From Opitutales bacterium (GTDB taxonomy: Bacteria > Verrucomicrobiota > Verrucomicrobiia > Opitutales > UBA2987), in NCBI GenBank assembly GCA_965226885.1, contig CBDDEL010000011.1, forward strand, positions 192,001-256,000: a stretch of 64,000 bases of DNA, given 5' to 3'. This document shows, one piece after another, positions 41,607 through 52,504 of this stretch; within the stretch, counting starts at the first letter, position 1, and every line of letters begins with the position of its first letter. The position numbers and the translations under genes are program-made. The notes beneath the pieces are model-generated. The model did not search any database. It worked only from the letters and a program-made list of their open reading frames with translations, and was not told the DNA's origin.

Positions 41607-42281
41607 ATGTATGAGCTTGATCTAGTTGTGTTCGATATGGCGGGGACTACGGTGCGTGCAACGGACCAGGTGTCTGCCGCCTTCCAGGGAGTCTTCGAGC
41701 AAGTGGGCGTGACATTGTCTGACGAGGAAATTCTGTCAGTCCGGGGCAGGTCGAAGCGTGAGGCAATCTCAGAACTTTTGACTCGCCATCTCAGCGCCAT
41801 CGATGAGCGGCGGCTGGCAGCCGGAGTTTACAGCGAATTCCAGCGCATTCTGATAGAGAGATACAAGGAACAAGGGGTTGAGTCAATCGATGGCGCTGAT
41901 GAAACGTTTGAGTGGTTAAGGAGGGAAGATGTGAAAATCGGGCTGAGTACAGGCTTTGACCGAACCCTAACGGACCTGTTGTTGCGCATGATTGGGTGGG
42001 ATAAATCAATAGACGTGGTCGTATGTAATGAAGATGTGCCTTGAGGACGGCCAGCGCCGTATTTGATATATCGTGCAATGGAATGGACGGGCTGCGATTG
42101 TATCCACCGTGTCGCCGCTGTCGGCGATACAGTTTCCGATTTGCAAGCTGCATTTAACGCCGGAGTGCGTTGGAGCATTGGAGTGCTATCGGGCGCCCAT
42201 TCCGAAACCCGACTCAAATCCTGTCCTCATAGCGAGATTATCGCCAGCGTTAAAGAGCTACCCTCTGTGTTCAAGCAGTAG
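41607..42281 (+). pseudogene. HAD-family phosphonatase-like hydrolase with an internal TGA
   Basis: VFDMAGTTV...VP*GRPAPYLI...VGDTVSDL in one frame; TGA at 42042-42044, likely CGA>TGA. Confidence 0.85.
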
Positions 42282-42381
42282 ACGATTTCTGGTTGAAGAA
42301 ATTACGGAATTCACGCTCAATACTTACGAATACCATTTGCCTTTAACATGTAGAATAATAGAGTATCGGGGACATAAAAAT

Positions 42382-43080
42382 ATGAGCAAAACTCAATGGG
42401 AAAACGACGCGGAACTCTTCCAGTTGGCGCGGGCTGAACTGCTTACCGCAGTAGTCGGTGATATCATGGATAGAGCCGGTTTGCAGAAGCAATTTCTAAC
42501 GCCTAATATTCGGCCTCTAATGAAGGATATGGTCGTCATTGGGCGTGCCATGACTGTGGTTGAGGCTGATATTGTCCCCGACGCCGCGACCGCCGGAGAT
42601 AATTCTGTTCTGGCGAAACCGTTTGGTCTCATGCTAGAGGCCTTGGATGATCTCAAGGTCAACGAAGTCTATGTGTGTAGCGGCGCCTCACCCCGCTATG
42701 CGTTATGGGGTGAACTCATGAGCGTACGGGCCATGCAATGCGGCGCCGCCGGAGCTATTGTCGATGGTTATTCCAGGGACACCCGTGAAATTTTAAACCT
42801 TAACTTTCCCACTTTCTCTTTCGGCCCGTATGCCCAGGATCAGGCCCCTCGAGGTAGGGTTATAGATTTTCGTGTTTCCATTACGATTGGTGAGGTTCTC
42901 ATCGAGCCGGGAGATATCCTCTTTGGCGATATCGACGGGGTCTGTGTTGTTCCAAGCGCAGAAGTGGAGGAGGTTTTTAATAAAGCACTAGAAAAGGCTC
43001 GCGGCGAAAAAATGGTCAGGAAGGCGATCGAATCAGGGATGTCCGCCGCAGATGCCTTTCGTAAGTTTGGGATAATGTAG
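42382..43080 (+). CDS. RraA/HMG-aldolase family protein
   Basis: AVVGDIMD, GRAMTV, ALWGELMS, VDGYSRD, PGDILFGDIDGVCVVP. Confidence 0.88.
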   Translation: MSKTQWENDAELFQLARAELLTAVVGDIMDRAGLQKQFLTPNIRPLMKDMVVIGRAMTVVEADIVPDAATAGDNSVLAKPFGLMLEALDDLKVNEVYVCSGASPRYALWGELMSVRAMQCGAAGAIVDGYSRDTREILNLNFPTFSFGPYAQDQAPRGRVIDFRVSITIGEVLIEPGDILFGDIDGVCVVPSAEVEEVFNKALEKARGEKMVRKAIESGMSAADAFRKFGIM

Positions 43081-43144
43081 AAAGATTGAGGAAGGAAGTA
43101 TGCTAACCATCGAGGTTACGCTCCCGTCGATTTGACGTTAACAA

Positions 43145-44779
43145 CTACCGGTTTTTCCAATCATAACCGTAAAGGAATGCCCGCCGGAGCACGAATCGGA
43201 TTTTGACGGCATCAGCCGGGGCTTCTTCACCACCTATCCAGGCGACTGTTGTCTGCCGGTGGTCCCCTGTTATGGGGCGGCAGTCTTCAACCGAGAAACC
43301 GGGAACCGGACGACCGGATTTGTCCAGTAATTCAGCCCGAAAGTTGCCCCCTTTGCGGACCAGGAGGTTGACCGCCAAGCGCCTGCCCTCGGGATTTCCC
43401 GGACGGGTGACCGCCTCACCGTAAGTGGGGCCTCCTGCCGATGGCGCCAAGGCCCACAACCGGTCGAACTCCCAGGTGGCGCGGCACAACGCGGTATTGA
43501 AAGGCAGGGTCGGGGTATTGGCCCCGATGACCGTCTCCCCACCGACCTCAATCCGAGGTTCAAATCGAGTGTCGAAAATCTCTCCATGCAACCCTTCGGA
43601 TCCAGCGTAATACACATGCATCTTGCCGTCCTCCACAATGGGGTGATGCATCTGCCAGATCATGCCGCTGCCAAAATCTCCGAGTGGAGGATTCGCCAGT
43701 GTTGGCCGCCGGTCCGGCCGCCACCAATGGATGCCGTCGCGAGAGGCACCCATTTGCAAAAACATCGTCTGAATAGATGAATTATAGGTGGTAATTATCC
43801 CCACGTAACCACCCTCGACTTTGACCGGTGTAAGTTCCAAAAACTGGGTGAAGTCCGGATCGCGCCAATCCCGCCGCAGCACCAATATATCATTGCCCCA
43901 CTCGCTGCCGTCCGGACTCGTTCTCTGAGCTATCGAGCGGAGCCCTCCACGAGGGTTGTTGTCATAGATAATTATCCGGTCCCCTTCCTTCTTCTTGGGG
44001 TAAGTCTTGAAATAGGACATGTAGGTTTCGTCCGGCTGGCGATATACATACGAGACATCGACACCGCCTCCATGGGATGGGTGAATCGGACCCTCAATCA
44101 GTTTCCAGTCCTTTCCATCCTGGGACCGGTATTTGTAGGTCGCCCGTTTTTCCGCCGGTCCGGGAAGGTGTCCTACTCGATTGGCCACTCCCCCAAGCTT
44201 TGGAGACCTCAGCACATACATTTCGTAGGGCCACTCCTTGTTCTCTGGGTCGACCAGGACTGAAGCGTAAACAGCTGTTCCGCCTGAATCCATATCAAAA
44301 ATGATGTTCGTGCGATCGTGTCCCGGCCAACTGACGAATGGCAACATCGGCCGATACCAGTTGACCCCGTTCTTGCTCTCCAAATACGTCAACCGGCGAA
44401 ATTCCTCATGTTTGGACTCCAACCCTTCAAACTCCTCCTCGGCGGGGATCGATACCTGCCAGGCTTTCCACAAACCATCGATGGGATCAAGCAGAAAACC
44501 ATCGATGGGATCAAGCAGAACCGTTCCATGTGCCATAATGCCGCCGGAGTCCCAGGGCATGGCGGGTTCCAGGAGTGGATTATGGGGATCGGGTGCTCCC
44601 TCTTCGACCCGCCAGTAGACAAGCTTCAGGGATTCAAAATCATCGGGCATCAACAGCGGCATGCGCTCCGCGGCGGTGGTAGGGGTTGTAGTTCGCGCCA
44701 CGACCAGAAAGACCATTACGCACGAAAAGCAGCGCAGGTGTTTAAGTGAATTTGGGTGAAAATTTTCGGAAGAAATCAT
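43145..44779 (-). CDS. Secreted hypothetical protein, probable beta-propeller glycosidase-like fold (paralog B; in-frame 24-bp duplication)
   Basis: Signal peptide; Asp-box-like S.DG..W repeats; LLDPIDG-FLLDPIDG duplication. Confidence 0.75.
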   Translation of the reverse strand: MISSENFHPNSLKHLRCFSCVMVFLVVARTTTPTTAAERMPLLMPDDFESLKLVYWRVEEGAPDPHNPLLEPAMPWDSGGIMAHGTVLLDPIDGFLLDPIDGLWKAWQVSIPAEEEFEGLESKHEEFRRLTYLESKNGVNWYRPMLPFVSWPGHDRTNIIFDMDSGGTAVYASVLVDPENKEWPYEMYVLRSPKLGGVANRVGHLPGPAEKRATYKYRSQDGKDWKLIEGPIHPSHGGGVDVSYVYRQPDETYMSYFKTYPKKKEGDRIIIYDNNPRGGLRSIAQRTSPDGSEWGNDILVLRRDWRDPDFTQFLELTPVKVEGGYVGIITTYNSSIQTMFLQMGASRDGIHWWRPDRRPTLANPPLGDFGSGMIWQMHHPIVEDGKMHVYYAGSEGLHGEIFDTRFEPRIEVGGETVIGANTPTLPFNTALCRATWEFDRLWALAPSAGGPTYGEAVTRPGNPEGRRLAVNLLVRKGGNFRAELLDKSGRPVPGFSVEDCRPITGDHRQTTVAWIGGEEAPADAVKIRFVLRRAFLYGYDWKNR

Positions 44780-44809
44780 ACTAAAATTCGGTGATTTGAC
44801 GTGAAAAAA

Positions 44810-46456
44810 TTACCGGGATTCCCAATCATACCCGTAAAGGAATGCCCGCCGGAGCACGAATCGGATTTTGACGGCTTCAGCCGGGGCTTTTTCACCACCC
44901 TTCCAGGCGACTGTTGTTTGCCGGTGGTCCCCTGATATGGGGTGGCAGTCTTCAACCGAGAAACCGGGAACCGGACGACCGGATTTGTCCAGCAATTCAG
45001 CCCGAAACTCGCCACCATTGCGGACCAGGAGGTTGACCGCCAGGCGGCTGCCCTCTGGATTTCCCGGATGGGTAACTGCCTCTCCGTAGGTGGGGCCTCC
45101 AGCCGATGGCGCCAGGGCCCACAACCGGTCGAATTCCCAAGTGGCGCGGCACAACGCGGTGTTGAAAATCAGGGTCGGCGTCTCAATGGCGATTACCGAT
45201 TCCCCGCCGACCTCGATCCGAGGGCCGAACCGGGTGTCAAAAATCTCGCCGTGCAGGCCTTCGGATCCAGCATAATAAACATGCATATTGCCGTCCTCGA
45301 CGAGAGGGTGGTGCATCTGCCAGATCATGCCGCCGCCATAGTCGCCGAGCGGAGGATTCGCCAGTGCCGGCCGCCGGTCTGGCCGCCACCAATGGATGCC
45401 GTCGCGCGATGCGGCCAATTGCAGCGACATGGTTTGAATCGCCGGGTTGTAGTAGTTGACCAGCACCACATAGCCGCCTTCCACTTTGACCGGACAAACT
45501 TCCAAAAACTGAGTGAAGTCCGGATCACGCCAGTCTGGACTGAGGACGGTGACTTGGTTGCCCCACTCGCTTCCATGCGGACTGGTGCGCCGGGCCACCT
45601 TGCGAATGGTCAGTGTGTCGTTGTCATAGGGAATGATGCGATTTTCGTCCCGTACATCGCCATTGATCTTGAAATAGGATACGTAGGAGCCGTCTGGCTG
45701 GCGGTAAACGTAGCAGACATCGCCGCGCGGTGTCGTCATGAGCGGTCCCTCCACCAGATCCCAATCCTTTCCGTCCTTCGACCGGTAGCGATAGCTCCCC
45801 AGTACGTGATGGCCGGGGGCTGGCAAAGACCCCACTTTGTTGACCACGTTGCCCAACTTGGGCGACCGCATGACGAACATTTCGTAGGGCCACTCTTTGT
45901 TTTCCGGGTCAACGAAGACCGAAGCATAAACCGCAGTGACGCCGGAATCGAGGTCCAGCAGGATGTTCGTTCGGTCGTGGCCGGGCCAACTGACATACGG
46001 CAGCATTGGGCGATACCAATTCACCCCGTCCTTACTCTCCAAATAGGTCAAACGGCGTTGGCTGGTATGCCCGAACGTGAGAGCATGGACGCGCGGAGGA
46101 TCGGCCGGGTTCGTCTTGGCGTCCGCCCGGCGCCCCCGGGGCGCTGCCTCCGCGGGGGTCGATACCTGCCAGGCTTTCCATAAACCATCAATGGGATCGC
46201 GCAGGACCGTGCCGTGGGCCATAACTCCGCCGGAGTCCCAAGGCATGGCGGGCTCGAGGAGTGGATTTTGCGGATCGGGCACGCCCTCTTCAACCCGCCA
46301 GGCAACGAGATGTAACGACTCGAGATCATCGGGCATCAACAGCGGCATGCGAACCGCGGCGGGGGCACCGGTCGCAGTTTGCACTGTGGCCGCAAACACG
46401 AGGGCCACGCAGTAGGAAAGGCCGCGCAGCCGTTTACTATTAGGTTTGTGTATCAT
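44810..46456 (-). CDS. Secreted hypothetical protein, probable beta-propeller glycosidase-like fold (paralog A)
   Basis: Colinear paralog of 43145-44779; ESKDGVNW, SKDGKDW, ASRDGIHW. Confidence 0.75.
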   Translation of the reverse strand: MIHKPNSKRLRGLSYCVALVFAATVQTATGAPAAVRMPLLMPDDLESLHLVAWRVEEGVPDPQNPLLEPAMPWDSGGVMAHGTVLRDPIDGLWKAWQVSTPAEAAPRGRRADAKTNPADPPRVHALTFGHTSQRRLTYLESKDGVNWYRPMLPYVSWPGHDRTNILLDLDSGVTAVYASVFVDPENKEWPYEMFVMRSPKLGNVVNKVGSLPAPGHHVLGSYRYRSKDGKDWDLVEGPLMTTPRGDVCYVYRQPDGSYVSYFKINGDVRDENRIIPYDNDTLTIRKVARRTSPHGSEWGNQVTVLSPDWRDPDFTQFLEVCPVKVEGGYVVLVNYYNPAIQTMSLQLAASRDGIHWWRPDRRPALANPPLGDYGGGMIWQMHHPLVEDGNMHVYYAGSEGLHGEIFDTRFGPRIEVGGESVIAIETPTLIFNTALCRATWEFDRLWALAPSAGGPTYGEAVTHPGNPEGSRLAVNLLVRNGGEFRAELLDKSGRPVPGFSVEDCHPISGDHRQTTVAWKGGEKAPAEAVKIRFVLRRAFLYGYDWESR

Positions 46457-46540
46457 ATCAAATAAAATGAATCGAATTTAGAATGATGAAGTGGCACCTA
46501 CTTTGTTAAGCCCCTATTTACTAACGACCCACTATGCTAG

Positions 46541-48107
46541 CCCGGATATTTCATGAAGGGTAAAGTTTGGCTCGTTATTGCTATTGGAGATGGATTTCTT
46601 TGTATTTTGAGCAGATCGTCTTGATTTTTAGGTGTTTTTCAGGGTGTAGAGACACTGCCCCCTTTCCCCCATTGGTTCGGTAGTGCCGGGGGCAGCACCA
46701 ATGCACCCTTTAGGTTGGCACCAATCGGCGGGCCGCATGGTTGAAAAGACTGGCCCAAGGATAACTCTCACTTAGGTGAAAGTGAATCGTTCGGGTGTTG
46801 CGCACGATGACCGCTCCGATCTTGATTAATTTGAGCCGCAGGGTGTGGCATTGGGCCCGCGCCCACTTCGTCCCTTTTAAGGCTAACCGGCGCATGGCTT
46901 CCATCAAGGTGTAGGCCAGCGCCGACAAGAGCAATCGCCACTGATTGGCCCACCATTGATGGGCGCTGGTGCGCTCGCTGAACAATTGCATCTGTTCCTT
47001 GATTCGGTTCTCCATTTCACCGCGGCCACAGTATACCTTGTCGTAAAGCTCCTGGGGATCGCCCGGCAGGTTCGTCACCACGAAGCGCGGGTTGGACCCC
47101 TGTGCGGTGTGTTCGGCTTTATGGATGACCAACCGCAGCCATCGCCACGAATCGGCAGCATAGACGAAGTCCTGGAATAACCGTTGTTTTTTACCCCTTA
47201 GTTCGAACCATTCTTTGGCCTGCTTTTGCAACTGCTGGGCGTCTTGCTGCAAGCGTGCATTGCGAGCCATCCCCACGATGTAACTAACTTCGTTGCGGTC
47301 GTACCAAGAGAGTATCCGGTCTCGACAAAATCCACTGTCGGCGCGCCAAATAATCCGCGTACGGGGCCAGCTTTGGCGAATCCGTTTAACCAGCAATTTG
47401 AGGATGGCCCCGGCATGCTTGCTGGCATCGATCTTGCTCGGCCGCAGGTAGGCCACCAGCAGCTGATCACCGCAAAAAACATATAGCGGCAGAAAACAGT
47501 AATGATCATAATAACCGTGGAAAAAACGTCCCTCCTGGAGCCCGTGCACCGGATTGTCGGTGGCGTCAAAGTCCAGGATGATCTCTTCGGGTTCCTCGGC
47601 AAAGGATCCCATGAACTGTTCGACCAGCAACTCGTTCAGGGCAAAGGCTGCCCGCCGATCCTGCCCGTTTTCAAAACGACACAAAGTCAGCGCGCTGGCC
47701 AACGCTTCAGTGCGCCCCGTTACCGTTTGCAACAAAGGATCGCGGCGCAGGGTGTCAAAGTCGTTCAAATCCTCATGGCCCGCCACCAGCCCGTAAACGC
47801 GCTGCCGCAGCATCCCCAATACCTCATGGCGTACTTTGCCCTTCTGCCGTTTGTCCACTAACTGTCGGGCCGCTCGTTCGGTCAAGCCCAACTGCCGATC
47901 CACTTCCCGGATCAAAAGCAGTCCGGCATCCGAAGTAACCTCTCCGCCCTTGAAATCAACCCGCACACGGCGGCCTTTTACCCTTGCCAACTGTAGCTTT
48001 AATTGTTTACCTTTTGTCATCGCTGATATTGCTTTAATTATTGATCTATCCTGCTGTATATCAGCAGTTAAGCATATCAACGATACTTTTTTTACGAAAT
48101 ATCCGGG
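46541..48107 (-). mobile_element. IS1380 copy 4, complete (transposase 46710-48020)
   Basis: Both IRs, CTAG duplication (46537-46540, 48108-48111), open 436-aa frame. Confidence 0.96.
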
Positions 48108-48113
48108 CTAGAA

Positions 48114-49061
48114 TTATTTTTTGATGAATTTCTGGATGCGTTGGCCTTTGATCTCGCTTACATATACCTCGCCCTCTGCGCTGACGGTTAGGGAGTGGGG
48201 TAGATTGAGTTGACCAGCTTCGGAACCGAGAGCGCCCCAGAAGGTGAGCACGTTCCAATCGAGGGTGGACTTGAAAATCTTGTTTACCAGGCCGTCCGCC
48301 AGGAACAAGATGTCATCCGAAGTGATGTAGAGGCCAAAGGGTGACATGCCCGTCATCTGTCTTAGAAATTTGCCATTGGCGTCGAATACCTGAATGCGTT
48401 TGTTTTCCCGGTCGGCCACATAGACATTATTTTTGGAATCCAGAAAAATGGCGTGGGGAACGTTAAACTCGCCCTCACCGACGCCTCTTTTACCCCATGC
48501 GAGGAGGAATTTTCCGGTTTGGTCGAATTTTACAATCCGTGAATTGCCATAGCCGTCCGCGATGTAAAAGTCGCCATTGGGGGCAAAGGCGATGTCGGCG
48601 GGACGGTTGAAAAGGTGTTCATTTTCACCGGCCACATCTTTTTCCCCAAGCGACATAAGGACGTCTCCCTCCGGAGTAAACTTGATGACCGTGTGGTTGG
48701 CGTTGTCGGTCACCCAGATATTGTCTTCGCGATCAACTCGCAAACCATGTGGAGAGGTAAACATCCCTTGGCCAAATGAATGCAGGAATTTACCGTTTCT
48801 ATTAAAAACAATTATCGGATGTTCGCCCCGGTGGAAAACAATGACATTGCCATGCGAATCCGTGGCCACAGCAGCGACAGCGCCGAATTGCCACCCGGAA
48901 GGAAGTTGCGGGAATCCCGGCACGACCTGGTAGGCCAAGCTTGGCGGGACGAGAACCGGATCTTCGGCCGTGGTCGAATTTCCCGCCGTAAGAGTAAGCA
49001 TGGCTGCCGCTATCGTTAGATTGTTGAGAGTAAATATCCTATTCCATTGTGGGTATTTCAT
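48114..49061 (-). CDS. NHL-repeat beta-propeller protein (peptidyl-alpha-hydroxyglycine lyase-like)
   Basis: SPHGLRVD, FNRPADIA, ADGYGNSRI, FNVPHAI, VADRENKRIQ; signal peptide. Confidence 0.87.
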   Translation of the reverse strand: MKYPQWNRIFTLNNLTIAAAMLTLTAGNSTTAEDPVLVPPSLAYQVVPGFPQLPSGWQFGAVAAVATDSHGNVIVFHRGEHPIIVFNRNGKFLHSFGQGMFTSPHGLRVDREDNIWVTDNANHTVIKFTPEGDVLMSLGEKDVAGENEHLFNRPADIAFAPNGDFYIADGYGNSRIVKFDQTGKFLLAWGKRGVGEGEFNVPHAIFLDSKNNVYVADRENKRIQVFDANGKFLRQMTGMSPFGLYITSDDILFLADGLVNKIFKSTLDWNVLTFWGALGSEAGQLNLPHSLTVSAEGEVYVSEIKGQRIQKFIKK

Positions 49062-49148
49062 TTTTGTATTTAGGTGGTCAGATCAATTTCTAGACAAGCC
49101 GCAAACATGAAACTTTGAAGGGTAATTGTCCAGTTTTTGCGTATCCGA

Positions 49149-49173
49149 TGTCCAACAAACCCAGTGCGCATCA
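49149..49173. mobile_element. Orphan IS3-type terminal inverted repeat
   Basis: Reverse complement TGATGCGCACTGGGTTTGTTGGACA resembles the IS3-A ends TGACGTGTACTGGATTTGTTGGACA and TGATGTGCACTGG... Confidence 0.6.
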
Positions 49174-49258
49174 CGTTGTCCTACGAAGAACCATCAAACA
49201 AAAGAAGTGTTGATTCGATCAATCTTGGAATATCGGCACACCCAATTTAACTGCCGGA

Positions 49259-50591
49259 TGAAGTGGACGGGGTTGTTTGGACAATTTTGACGTGGGATTA
49301 AGGTGGAAATCGTGTTCATATTATTTTTTAAAAATATATTTTGTCCTTAGCCAAAGACGGGCACGCAGGTGCCCGCAAGCTGTATTGGCGGGGAGGTTGG
49401 TTTTGCTCCGATTGCATGGACTTCGGCCGGGGTCCGGTAGCCCAGGGCTTGGTGGGGGCGCAGGTGGTTGTAGAAGTCCAGGTAGCGGGCTATCCCTTCG
49501 CTGGCTTCCTTTGCCGTGGCGTATTCGCGCAGGTAAATGTCTTCATACTTGAGGGTTCTCCAAAAGCGTTCAACAAATATGTTGTCCAGGTAGCGGCCAC
49601 GCCCGTCCATGCTGATGCGCACCCCGGCTTGCCCCAGCACCGAGGTGAACTCGCTGCCGGTAAACTGGCTGCCTTGATCGGTGTTGAAGATTTGAGGTTG
49701 GGCCCGCCTCAGAGCTTCCTCCAGGGCGAGCACACAGAAGCGGCTCTCCAGGGTGTTGGAAAGCTGCCAGCTCAACACGTAGCGGCTGAACCAGTCCAAC
49801 ACCACGGTCAAGAAAAGGAATCCTCGGCTCAGCCGCAGGTAAGTGATGTCGCTGCACCATACCTGGTCGGGCCGCTCGACCGCCAAACCCCGCAGCAGAT
49901 AAGGGAAAATGCGGTGCTGCCGGTGCCCCTGGCTCAAGTTTCGACGCGGATAAATAGCCTCCAGGCCCATTTGGCGCATGAGCCGCTGGATGCGGCCTCG
50001 TCCCACTGCATGGCCCTCTCGACGCAGCCACTGGGTCATCCGGCGAGAACCAAAAAACGGATATTGGGTGTAGAGCTCATCCATGCGATGCATGTAGAGA
50101 ACGTTCTGCTCGCACTGGGCACGGGCCCGATAGTAATAGCTGCCGCGGGCCAGCCCCAGCAACTGACATTGCCTGCCGATACTGATTTTTCCTTGAAGTG
50201 GTTGCACCATCTTGCGCCTCTCACCAACCGAATTGTTCAGACTTTTTTTTTAGCCAATCGCATTCTACTTTCAGCTTTCCAATCTCCTGGTAAAGGTGAT
50301 CTTTTTCCGTCTCGTTGTCCTTGCTGAGAGTCTGCCGCTGGCGCGAAAACAGCTCCGTTGCTCCCTGCAAAAGCTGCTTCTTCCATTGGGTCACCTGGTT
50401 GGGATGCACCTCAAAACGACCGGCGATCTCGTTGATGGTATGAGCGCCCCTGATGGCTTCCAGGGCCACTCGGGCTTTAAACTCAGCACTGTATTGTCTT
50501 CTCTTTCGTGATTTAATAACATTCATAGGTTAGCGGATTTAGTGGTTCAAGACCACCTTATTCCACTGTCCAGTTTTCCCCGTCCATTTCA
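49259..50591 (-). mobile_element. IS3-family element type B (orfA 50221-50526, orfB 49347-50210)
   Basis: IRs TGAAGTGGACGGGG.../TGAAATGGACGGGG..., 3-bp duplication GGA, rve motifs WCSDITY, NTDQGSQF, DNIFVERFWRTLKYE. Confidence 0.95.
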
Positions 50592-50597
50592 GGATAC

Positions 50598-51398
50598 GGT
50601 AGTGTATTAAGTAGGAATGGTGGCTAATTCTTGATTATATTGATGAATGAAAAGTCTCAGACAGGTTTCATGCATACTCTTAAGCTTGGAAAAGGAGAGG
50701 GTTTTGCGTGTGAAACGACCCAGTCGTTGGCGCAGGGTATTGTTCCATCGTTCCACATGGGCCGTTTCACCGGTTTCTTTTCCCACGGATCGGTTATGAG
50801 GAAAGACTTCATCATAAGTGCTCCAAAAGTCGCTGTAGGTGGCACTTCTTTTGTAGGCCCGTGGCAGACGCTCGTAAAGTTCCCGGCAACGATACCAATC
50901 CTGAGGCCCAATGGCATAGGAGAGGATTTGACGGGTGCGTCGGCAAAGAGCGATCCAAACCCATTGGGCATCGCTCTTGCGCCCCACAAAAGACCACAGT
51001 TCGTCCAGTTCAATGACATCATGGCGGCGGGCCGCAAGAATCGTGCTTTTGAGCGGTCGCAGCGATTGTCGTTTTTTTTAACCAACTCAAAGCGGTGTTG
51101 GGACTCACCCCGAAGGCGCGCTGTAAACCGCGTAGACTGCTGCGTTCCTGATAGACTCGAAGGATCATTTCTTTTTGCTCTTCGGTGTATTTCACTGTGG
51201 GGTTTTCGCGGCTTTGTTTACCACAATCATGGCAGCGGTAGCGCTGTTTATGGTTGGGCGTCTTGCCAAATTTAATGATATTTTCACTTCCACAGTGCCG
51301 ACAATTAATAATTTTAGTAACCATGCACTAAGAATAAACTGCCTAACGCTATTTGTACAGCTAAAAATACAAAATAACATTCTTTTTTTATACACTAC
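50598..51398 (-). mobile_element. IS1-family element type B (insA 51019-51324, insB ~50607-51070)
   Basis: GGTAGTGTAT end; InsA CRHC...CHDC; InsB ELDELWSFVG...VERWNNTLR; far end altered where the ISNCY abuts. Confidence 0.92.
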
Positions 51399-51402
51399 AC
51401 TA

Positions 51403-51758
51403 GAGGCTGTCCCAAAAATATAAAGATTTTATAGTCAACTGGATGACGTTGATAAAAAGAGCCGGAAAGAGCAAGTTTTTGCTCGATCCGGCCAAAAAAG
51501 GGTTCTATAATTGAGTTAGCGAAAATCAATATAGCCCTTTCTATGAATTCTATGAAAAATATAGCCATCTAGCCCTTTCTATGAAAAATATAGCCATCCA
51601 ATGCCTCCTGCGTCCAGCTTTAACTGTGGTCGACCGGTGCCTCGATTACGATAACTTCCGCGCCACCATTGATCGAATCGATCGGCTGCTGATCGACTCG
51701 GAGGTGGAATCGCAGGCCATTGAGCTGGCCTTGGAGGGGTGGCCGCCAATGGGTCTAA
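51403..51758 (+). mobile_element. ISNCY/IS5-like copy 2, left part only
   Basis: Left IR and first ~59 codons; cut at CTAA by IS1380 copy 5; carries nested 29-bp and 9-bp duplications. Confidence 0.92.
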
Positions 51759-52504
51759 CCCGGATATTTCATGAAGGGTAAAGTTTGGCTCGTTATTGCT
51801 ATTGGAGATGGATTTCTTTGTATTTTGAGCAGATCGTCTTGATTTTTAGGTGTTTTTCAGGGTGTAGAGACACTGCCCCCTTTCCCCCATTGGTTCGGTA
51901 GTGCCGGGGGCAGCACCAATGCACCCTTTAGGTTGGCACCAATCGGCGGGCCGCATGGTTGAAAAGACTGGCCCAAGGATAACTCTCACTTAGGTGAAAG
52001 TGAATCGTTCGGGTGTTGCGCACGATGACCGCTCCGATCTTGATTAATTTGAGCCGCAGGGTGTGGCATTGGGCCCGCGCCCACTTCGTCCCTTTTAAGG
52101 CTAACCGGCGCATGGCTTCCATCAAGGTGTAGGCCAGCGCCGACAAGAGCAATCGGCACTGATTGGCCCACCATTGATGGGCGCTGGTGCGCTCGCTGAA
52201 CAATTGCATCTGTTCCTTGATTCGGTTCTCCATTTCACCGCGGCCACAGTATACCTTGTCGTAAAGCTCCTGGGGATCGCCCGGCAGGTTCGTCACCACG
52301 AAGCGCGGGTTGGACCCCTGTGCGGTGTGTTCGGCTTTATGGATGACCAACCGCAGCCATCGCCACGAATCGGCAGCATAGACGAAGTCCTGGAATAACC
52401 GTTGTTTTTTACCCCTTAGTTCGAACCATTCTTTGGCCTGCTTTTGCAACTGCTGGGCGTCTTGCTGCAAGCGTGCATTGCGAGCCATCCCCACGATGTA
52501 ACTA
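51759..52504 (-). mobile_element. IS1380 copy 5, right half only
   Basis: Right IR plus transposase C-terminus (51928-52494); cut at TAACTA by ISNCY copy 3. Confidence 0.93.

Noticed and set aside
42042..42044. Selenocysteine or recoded TGA in the HAD gene
   Set aside because: The position is not a Cys-like catalytic site, TGA ends other genes here, and CGA>TGA is the simpler explanation.
44942..46183. Long shadow ORFs (also 36917-37792, 49341-50327, 57214-58233, 58961-59875, 62781-63683)
   Set aside because: Antisense or off-frame to well-supported genes in GC-rich DNA, with no recognisable motifs.
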